A stretch of DNA of 12,431 nt from Azolla caroliniana (taxonomy: Eukaryota > Plantae > Polypodiophyta), in the NCBI GenBank assembly GCA_043228905.1, contig JBHGNT010001068.1:1-12431 (forward strand), given 5' to 3'. Below, in pieces: positions 1 to 8,400 of the stretch. The position numbers and the translations under genes are program-made. Positions within the stretch are counted from its first letter, which is position 1; every line of letters starts with the position of its first letter. The notes under the pieces are model-generated. The model was not told the origin of the DNA and searched no databases. It worked only from the letters and a program-made list of their open reading frames with translations.

Positions 1-375
1 ATTTTGCTACAGTTGTCTTTCTGAGCTAAAATCAGGTATCAAGACTAGACTATCATATATCAGCTTAATGGTGAATCAGGCAAGAGTGATTGTCGAGCAG
101 TCTCGAGTTACTAACACTTTTGTAATTAGACGTCACGATGGTTTAAGCATTAATCATATTAGAGATATAACACATACTCTAATAAGAAAACCACACTTCA
201 ATAGGGCTCATGTAATTTATGAGAGAGAGAAAGAAAGAATGCTCTAGCATAAACCTAAGTGATAGCTAGTAACTACCCTACAACAAGTTCTATTTTTTGT
301 AACAAATGATGTTCATCTAATGTGTAAAATAAATATTACATCCACTTTCCAATGGTTACTTCCACTCTATACAGA

Positions 376-409
376 ACCAACCATTTCTCAACACCAACCA
401 TTTCTTAAC
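376..409 (+). repeat. 17-bp tandem duplication ACCAACCATTTCTYAAC x2
   Basis: 376-392 and 393-409 differ at one base. Confidence 0.85.
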
Positions 410-512
410 ACTTTTGGACATTGAATCATGAATAAAAGGCTTAGTGTTGGCTATTACCTTGTGACTTGTCTTCGACCAATAGTTTGACATTGTTGAGAAT
501 CAAACTCAACTT

Positions 513-557
513 CCCTAGTGTGGGAACACACCTTCGAAATACCCTAGTGTGTGAACA
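513..557 (+). repeat. 16-bp direct repeat CCCTAGTGTGKGAACA x2 (29-bp period)
   Basis: Copies at 513-528 and 542-557 with one mismatch. Confidence 0.8.
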
Positions 558-742
558 TCCCATCTCCTTGTATCATAACTGACGTGTCATAAGAGACGTC
601 TCCACCTCCTTCCCAAGAGACGGTGGTAGAAAGAGAATGTAGAGAGAAGGTAACTACATAAAACCTTCTCCTCCTCTTTGTAACTGTTGGTTGTTTTATA
701 ATTCTTGTTAATACAGTTTTCTATTTTCTATATATTGTATGT

Positions 743-762
743 TCTCTCTCTCTCTCTCTCTC
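743..762 (+). repeat. (TC)10 microsatellite
   Basis: Directly visible; abuts the 5' end of the truncated LINE. Confidence 0.95.
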
Positions 763-1241
763 ATTATACCACACATGTTGCACCTAACTACACAACCATA
801 TTCTTCGCAAAACGGGGGAACCGTACACATTGATACATGTTAGAGCCCATCCCATTATTTGCCATTCGAGCCATTGCTTCCATGAGACTTAGCTCACATG
901 CATTGCAAGGTGAGACGGGGTGTTGGGGCACAAGTGATGAGAGTGGTCGACTATACACACTTTGCCCTAAACAAGTATGAGTATCACACTTTGATACAAT
1001 GCTCTGCCTTTGATTATATTCGACCATGCTTTCCACAAATATTCGACCAAGCCCAATCTTTGCACGAATTTCTCTCACAACCACAATGTGCACTCTCGAT
1101 TGCAATGTCATTCATTGGTAAAGTTCTTGAACATCGAGACTTGCTACTCACTTTCACACGTATCACGTGAAATGAAATATTTTTGGTCTCATAGGTCATA
1201 TTTGACCTTCGAAGATGATAATAGAATCTATCTATCTATCT
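762..1241 (+). mobile_element. 5'-truncated, decayed LINE (non-LTR retrotransposon) 3' end: ORF2 C-terminal Zn-knuckle region, 3' UTR and (ATCT)4 tail
   Basis: Translates with stops and a frameshift to HYTTHVAPNYTTIFFAKRGNRTH*YMLEPIPLFAIRAIASMRLSSHALQGETGCWGTSDESGRLYTLCPKQV../EYHTLIQCSAFDYIR, resembling the RTE/RTEX-like 'RLSSHxLxxETGRW..RxCxxC..ExH...C' region. It is homologous to 10650-10977 on the minus strand and ends in an (ATCT)4 tail at 1226-1241. Confidence 0.8.
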
Positions 1242-1771
1242 TCTCACACACACACACATCCATACATACACATTCCACTGCACATAATCATTCTCGATTC
1301 TTTACAGACATCATATAAGACATACAAAATGCCTCCTTAAGTTGGAGTAGCCATACATTTATTATTCATGACATTGTTTCACGGAGTTCTTGAGTCATTA
1401 TAAATAGTTAGCATGTGCACGACGACGTAATAGCAGGTGGTGCAACAATTCATCTTCGAAAACCTCTCCCTAAGTTCTTGCAACCACTTATATGCATACG
1501 AGCTCGGAAGTTCAAGAGTGACACTATACGATGCAATGATGACATGAGTACGTCAATCCACTCCTAGCAAAACCGGGGGGGGGGTCCACTGGCGGGGGAA
1601 GAGTTTGATGGAGACTCTAGAGCGATAAGGTAGGTTGACCTGACCCGTCTCGACACGGAGAGATATTTGTCTCGTATATTCTTCCTCAATTGGATGGATA
1701 CACATGATATATCTTAGAGATATGGAACTCTGGGAGAGATGATGATGCTCACTCATGATAGTGTTGGTGTT

Positions 1772-1893
1772 GTGGGGCCCAAATGTACCCCCTCTTTCCT
1801 TTCATTCTTACTCGCTCTGCAAAAGAAGAAAAGCTCAAAAATCCCCCCTCATTGCCCCCCCCCCACACACAAACCAGTTTTTACCCTAAACCC
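1772..1893 (+). promoter_or_regulatory. Candidate proximal promoter/5' UTR motifs: TCP/site II element GTGGGGCCCA (1772-1781) and telo-box-like ACCCTAAACCC (1883-1893)
   Basis: Motif matches within ~145 nt upstream of the ATG. The motifs are short and the transcription start site is unknown. Confidence 0.3.
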
Positions 1894-1914
1894 CCTTCTT
1901 CAAGAAAAGAAGCC

Positions 1915-2418
1915 ATGGTAGCTGCTGCAGTTCCCGTCAGAAATCTGTGCTCCACCGAATCCTTCTACGTCTTGCAGACCTCGTCCTCTCCTTCTCGAAC
2001 CCCCATTTCAAGATCTCTGATCAAACCTCAGCGAACTGTTTCTTTGTCTTCTTCTTCTTCTTCTTCTTCTTCAAGTCACGGATTCATATTTGTCCAGACA
2101 AAGAATCAAAGAAGAAGAACGGCAAGGAGAACAAGCAGGAGGTGTGCTCATACAGTTTCCGTTCTACAAGGTTCAGGGAATATCGATCAGAGTTCAAACG
2201 AGAGGAATTTTCTCTCTCATGATGAAGAAGATGACGATGCAAAGAGTACGAAACTAGCGGATTATAGTCTAAAGATTGAAGGAGAAGTAGAAGGACCACG
2301 CTTTCCCAAAAGAATTGCTTTTGATTATGGATTTCAAGCCAAGTTTCTGAGGAAAGGTCCCACTGTTCCAGGAAATGTTGTGAAGCTGGCTTTCGAGAAC
2401 TATAGGAGGGAATGGAGG
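1915..2418 (+). CDS. PTOX: PTOX exon 1: chloroplast transit peptide plus start of the N-terminal extension
   Basis: [17 protein letters not shown]...; the first ~80 aa are Ser/Thr/Arg-rich and nearly acid-free. The exon ends ...[11 protein letters not shown]|gtatac (phase 0). The track ORF 1783..2490 reads through into the intron. Confidence 0.85.
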
Positions 2419-5400
2419 GTATACTTCTTCTTTTTTGTGAATTTCATAGAAAGGTTAAATGCCATTCCTGTATTCGGTGCGGTTTTCTGAGAAAGATTAA
2501 GGCGTTTCTAAAATTACTTTCTGAGAAAGACTAGGCTGATTCCAAAATGGAAGTTTGTTACTTTCTGAGGAGGGATCAAAAAGTTTCTGAAACACTCCAT
2601 GGGAAAAAGTAAGTCGTTTCTGTAATGGCTTTCTATGAGCAATACTTTTTGCGCCTTCCTGAGAAGGATTTAAAGTCATTTATGAAGCAACTTTCTTTGC
2701 AAGATGGGTTTTGAGAGGGATTCAAATGTTTTTGAAACATTATTCTGAGAAAGATTAAACACTTGCTGAAATGCCTTTTTTATGAAAGGTATGTTCTTGC
2801 AACTTTCTAAGAAAGATTTAGCCATTCCTTGACATATCTTTCTTTAGATGATATGTCTTGTAAGTTTTTGACAAAGAAGAAGCAGTTCTGGAATGCTTTT
2901 CTATGCAAAGCTCAAGTGTTTGGGAAAACAGTGAGTTTATTTGCTACAGTGCTGGCAGATATTTGAACTGTGATTGAAATTATTTACGTAGGGAACAAAA
3001 TGCCATTGAAAATTCCTATAAATTTGCTGTATTTCATACATTAAAAGGAAACATGGCCAATGGAACAAAACCTGATTCAAATATATCAAATTATTGCTGA
3101 ATTTCTATCAATATAAATATGTGATATGCTATTATAATTTCTGATGTGGTGATCCATGAATAGAAACACAACCAATTAGACAGGACTGTTTCCCAAATAA
3201 TGCTTCAAATTATCTGCATTTGACATACACAACTTTGCAAATTTGTTATTAATTTTCACATGCTAGTGTCATCTTCCGTTTCCGCGAATGGAATGATGAG
3301 AGAAACACGCAAATTATAGGCATTCACTAGAAATTTGATATATTTTGTCTCATTTTGTTGCCTTCATAAATATTTCTAATGGGAAATCTTAAAGAGCTCA
3401 TGGTTGTTTCGTGAATGAGCAAACCATTTTCCTAAGCATTTATTATAACATAGTTGACAAATTTTCTATTGTTATTAGAGGGCATTACAACCTCATAACA
3501 TGTAGCTTTTTTTTCTTATGTAGGCTTTGCGTAGAAGCTACTTATTTCGAGAATTGGAAGAGATCAATAGTAAGTGTTTCTATATACTCGTTTTTACCTG
3601 CCCATTCTTATCTTTTGTTTTTCCAAACCTAGTGTGTGAGGGAAACCAAATACCCATTGCCTTTTGTGTGTGTATCTTAGGCTATCATCATTATAACATT
3701 ACAATAATACATCAATGATTTTTACATTTTAAATGGATTATTTTATTTTGGCAGTCAACAAGATTGATGGAGGCACTATTGGTATAATTTCTACATACCT
3801 CGGGAGAGGTATTGTTCTCCTTCTTAGAGGATTTGACAAGTTACTGCAGTTGTATGATGGCCTCCCTGAATTGAAGGAAAAAAAACAGGTATTACCCATT
3901 TAGTGTGAATGCAACAAGTGAATGCTTAGAAGTGCTTTTGCCATGTATGTGATCACAAGCAAATGATTTATGCTCTAGTCTCATTTTGAAACCTATACTC
4001 AATGAATTTTTCACAAATAGAATAACAAAGAACAAGTAAGATCACAGTGTCCACAAGATGCCATAATCAAGGGGGTATAGCCCAACATTAAGGCCCCTAG
4101 ATCACCATGTGATCCCACATTATTGCATAAACGTGTGCATGTGGTACTCGAGCAAGACCACGAGGGTTGTGGACTAGGGAGGACACAAGTCTAGGAGGGT
4201 GCGGATGTTGGGGGACTCAAAGGCTTTTAGGAGTTGAAAGCTCGACAGAGTCGAGAGCTCTTAGGGGTTGAAAGCGTGATAGAGTGGAGAGCACCTAGGA
4301 CTCAAAAGCTCTTGGGAATCAAAAGCTCCTAGTACTCGAAGCTCTTCGGAGTCAAAGGTTCTATAGGTCGAGGGTAGCGCAGAGCTGAAGGGAGCGTAGA
4401 GTCAAGGGAGCACAAAGTTGAAGGAACACAGAGTGGAAGGGAGCGTCGAATCGAAGGGAGTGCAGAGTCAAAGGGAAGAAAAGTCGAAGAGAGAGCAAAA
4501 TCTAAGGGAAAGATGTGGCCGGCGATTAATGCATGAGGTTAGGGTGGAAATAAGTGATTAATGTAATGAACATAAACTTAAGGATGGACAAACGAGATTA
4601 AGAATGAGGAGACTTGTTTCAGGCTAGAGCCGAAGAAGAATAAGAATATCTAAAATGCCCAAAAATACCGAACTAGAAGTGCAAAGTGTGCCCTCTTCCA
4701 CTCCTTTTATAAGAGGAGAGCGCCTCAAAATGCCGTTATTAGAAAATGAAAGGAGAATAAAATAGTCCTTGATTTGCTGCAGGGATCTTGAAATCTGCAC
4801 CGTCATTCATTATGTTTTCATAATTTTATATGTACTACTTTTCTTTTCCCTCCTTTTCACATTCTCTCCCCTTTTTCTCCACACGCGTCCGCCCTTTCCT
4901 TTCCCACTTTCTACCTTTGAGCCACGCCACTGCACGACAACGTGCCACTGGTCCGTATGAGTTTTTCCTAACTCCTAGGATAATTGGTTTCCCACTTATC
5001 TTACCCGTAAACCATTAAAATTAGTTTTAGAATGGGTTCTTAAGGTTATGCCTACTAATTGTTCCAAATAGGTTTCAAAACTAATTACCGTTTTGACGAC
5101 GACCGTCTTCATAAATAATAAAAAACTTCTATGTTCCGATGTATCTATGGAATCCTCGATCAATAAAGTTTTGTAAGTCGGAGTTTCAGTTAGAGCAGTG
5201 ATGGTCGAAACTCATAGGGAAATGAAACGAGGCAAGTATCCATAGAGATACTCCATGGAAGAGGTCTAGAGATCTCACTAGAATCAATTTGAATTCTAGC
5301 CTCTGATTCATCTTCTTCGGTTTCGTCATAGTAACAACAGATATTGATGGTATTCGCAAACCTGTCTCGGGTTCCTTGCTACAGGGAAACAACATCATCT

Positions 5401-8400
5401 CTTGTGCATCTTTACCCCCTTCACCAAATACGAAAATAGAATTGGTTGCTTGTTAGATGAAGGCATATGAAATGGGTTTAATGTCCAGTTGTGAACACCT
5501 TGAAAGAAGATTGGCACACGTGTAAACAAGGTGCTCTACCTCTGAGCTAACATACTCTATGTTTCCAAACATTGCACTCTTGCAATGACAAAGCAAAATC
5601 AAGAAAGGCAGATTTAGGAATGTGCTCTTTCTCCCAAGTGGCATCATGCACAATTTGATCCAACCATTTAATTTTGAATTCTTCGATTTCTTTAGATCTC
5701 AAATGTTTGGTTCGAGCATCAAGAAGTTTTTCTAATGAATTTCAATATGTTTTATGGTTGATATGCTGTTAGAACCAATAGTTTCTTTTAGGCAACTAAC
5801 ATGAAAAATATGACAAATGTGAATACTATCATGAAGATCATTTAAGATTGTATATTAAAGTTAAAAAAAATCAATTAATGAATATTTGATGAAAGATACA
5901 TAATAATTGATTAAAAGTATTTATAATCATTGTTTAGAATTGTAATGTCTAAGGATTAGAAACACACTGAAACATTGATAAGATTGTTCGTCTTGAGATA
6001 TTCGGCAAAACTTTGAAATATCAAAAGTTTTAAAGACATATTAATCAAATGATTTCCAAATCATTATCAAAGTGCTAAAAACTCAAGATCAAAAGAGAAA
6101 AAAAGAAGAATACTGATTTTTTTCTTCGTAGTTCTTAGACAAACACAAAATCTCGTTAATTGCTCCAAAAAATACAATAAAAGAGGAAAAAAATCATTAG
6201 TATTGCCTTGATAGCAGTTATTACGAGTTGAATAATGATAATCAGTATAATAAGAGATTTGGGAAAAGAATAGACACTAGCCTTGCATAGCGGATCCAAA
6301 GAAAAGAGCTTAGCCTCACCAGTAGAGTCTTGACAATGTCTCAAGATGTCATAATAAAGGGGGTAGTTAGTCCCCTTAATATAGCCCAACACCTAAGGCT
6401 CCTAGACCACCACATGTTCCCATGTGTCATATGCCCATATATAGGTCTGTCCCAAGTCCTAGGATAACTGGTTCCCCTAAGCCTTTAAAACTAGCTTTAG
6501 AATTGGTCCTTAAGGTTATGCCTATAACAATTTACCAAGAGTATATGAGATGTATTCTATACCATCAAGAATATGATAAACTAAGTAATTTTTGAAGAAG
6601 ACTATTATGCCATCTGGATGAGGAAACGTGTATTGAATCCTGGAAGTTCTGAAATGGCGACAATACCAAGATGCACACCTTGGAGGCTAGACTCACATAG
6701 TATGACCATGTAACCATGTTTCTCATGCACTCATCAGATAGATGCACGCACCATTTCAATAAAGCATTTCCTACATTTATATCTAGGGGCCTGAATAATC
6801 AACATTTGGATTCCAGGGAACCTAGATGACTATCAAGGGATATTGTGAGGCAGGCCCTGTATGTTAGAGATTGAAATATCACCATGCATGAGAAAAGAAC
6901 TATATGATATGCTAGTTTACACTAGGGATGTATCATGAGCTTTGACATGTTGATGAAAATTGTACGTTGAAATCTAGACTATACCCAAAAGTCTGGGGAA
7001 TCACATAGCTGCAGCAAGTCTTTTACTCATGTCAGTCTAAAGTTACAATTATTGATTCATGAGTCATAACAAAATTCATGAACAGTTATAGCTTAATAAG
7101 ATGAATAGGCCTCACTTATGGGGAAGTGAAACAGAACTTTAGGAATTATTATAAATGCCTTACATGCCCTAGTTTTCATTATGCTTGATACAGCTATATG
7201 CTGTTTTCAATGTGCTTCTATACTCAATGAATCACTATTTTTATAGCACATCAGTTTCTGACATTTCTCACATCAATGTATAAGGCACTAATAGATAAAA
7301 GCTGAAACCTAATTAAGTATTTGAGAAAGTCAAATTCTTACATTGTGCACCATTTCAGATTATGGATGACGAAGTAGATGAGCTACAGAAATCTTTAAAA
7401 AAGTTGACATTGACTAATGATGCTGTATGGGAACGAGAAAAGAGTCGGCCAGCAGTTGAAGCACCATGGTGGATACTCGGTCCATATTATGCTCTCTGTC
7501 TTGTACTGTTCCTTAATCCCTAATGTTGTTTGTTGAGTGATAGATATTAAGTTATCATATTGTAATATTTTTCATAAAGTACATTGTCTTATTGTTTAAC
7601 CAAGATAATCTAACATGTGAATTCTCTTCAGATGCTAGATGTTATCTTCAAAGACAGACCAATTCAAAGATTTTGGTTTTTGGAGACTGTTGCACGGATG
7701 CCATACTTCTCGTATCCTTCTTGAAATTGTTGATAAGGATGCAGTCAAGGTCATGAACTACAGGGGTCAATGTGAATATGCATTTATATATGCATGTGTA
7801 TATTTATATTTATATATTTGTGTGTATAATTGTATTTGTAGAAGAGAAAATGAAGTTAGATATATCATATGTAAAATATAGCCTTTGTTTTACTTGTATT
7901 GAGGGGTTAACTGTTTTCTTATCATCTGTATATATCGTTGCTAATATTGTATCTCCTGATCATTGTGAATTGCTTTGATGTTTTGCATCTTATATTTATT
8001 ACCAAGTGTATATGGATGGAAAGACTTGTGTGAAAAGTCTTTCACGCTGCATGAAAATTTTCTTAGCTACTTTTTCAGATATATCTCTATGCTTCACTTG
8101 TATGAGACCCTTGGATGGTAAGTCTGCTATTTTTTGTCTGTGAAAGCTGTTTTTGTGGGATAATTTACTTGGATGGTTATGCATAGGTGGCGTGTTGGTG
8201 CTGAAGTACGCAAAGTCCATTTTGCGGAGGTATGGATTTTGTGTTTAATTTGTTTCCTTAAATTATTTAACATTTATGGACATAGTTTTAAATTTACTCA
8301 ATGAAAATTTTATGTAAAAGGAATGGAATGAAATGCATCATCTGAAAATAATGGAATCGCTAGGAGGTGATCTGGAATGGGGCGATCGATTTTTCGCACA

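Larger units (their letters stand above)
4048..6655 (-). mobile_element. Decayed non-autonomous LTR retrotransposon remnant (possibly Ty3/Gypsy Tat/Ogre-like), antisense in PTOX intron 3
   Basis: Two diverged direct-repeat copies: 4048-4117 ~ 6337-6422, 4973-5054 ~ 6457-6524, and weaker 5078-5175 ~ 6578-6655. Both end in ...GACA on the minus strand. A PBS-like site follows the 6337 end, a PPT-like tract lies at 5425-5409 before TG, and TATAAAAGG occurs at 4711-4703. No gag/pol remnant or TSD was found, and the outer right boundary is approximate. Confidence 0.6.

Noticed and set aside
788-1318. Cluster of overlapping 60-107 aa ORFs as small genes
   Set aside because: Explained by a frameshifted LINE ORF2 C-terminus and its antisense or alternative frames.
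1559-1600. CACTA or Helitron terminus at CACTCCTAGCAAAACC
   Set aside because: It is not CACTA/CACTG, no partner TIR was found, and there is no clear hairpin-CTRR|T junction.
2419-2429. Intron 1 donor GTATACTTCTT as a second U12 site
   Set aside because: Mismatch at the key +5 C and no well-placed U12 branch motif; the acceptor has an ordinary polypyrimidine tract.
1783-2490. 235-aa ORF as a standalone gene
   Set aside because: It is PTOX exon 1 with upstream and intron read-through (VYFFFFVNF... is intron 1).
4214-4514. Regular short repeats as a CRISPR array
   Set aside because: Units are contiguous and degenerate with no unique spacers; eukaryotic intron context and no cas genes.
5520-5556. 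Functional tRNA-Val gene
   Set aside because: Only the 5' half is present, the acceptor stem is degenerate, and no T-arm/exon 2 or intron domain V was found downstream.
5186-5653. Minus-strand ORFs (70 aa, 66 aa) as retroelement or captured proteins
   Set aside because: No gag, RT or integrase motifs; one runs through the tRNA fragment and the other lies within the putative LTR.
4048-6529. DIRS/Ngaro-type split direct repeats (A..B..AB pattern)
   Set aside because: The juxtaposed copy is A-B rather than the B-A circle junction, and there is no tyrosine recombinase remnant. An internally deleted LTR with PBS/PPT is the simpler explanation.
7509-7517. Perfect U12 branch-like TTCCTTAAT in intron 4
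   Set aside because: It lies at the 5' end of the intron, >100 nt from the acceptor, and the donor is not U12-type.
7639-7978. Track ORFs 7639..7881 and 7772..7978
   Set aside because: They are out of frame with exon 5 or are translations of TA/TG low-complexity intron sequence.
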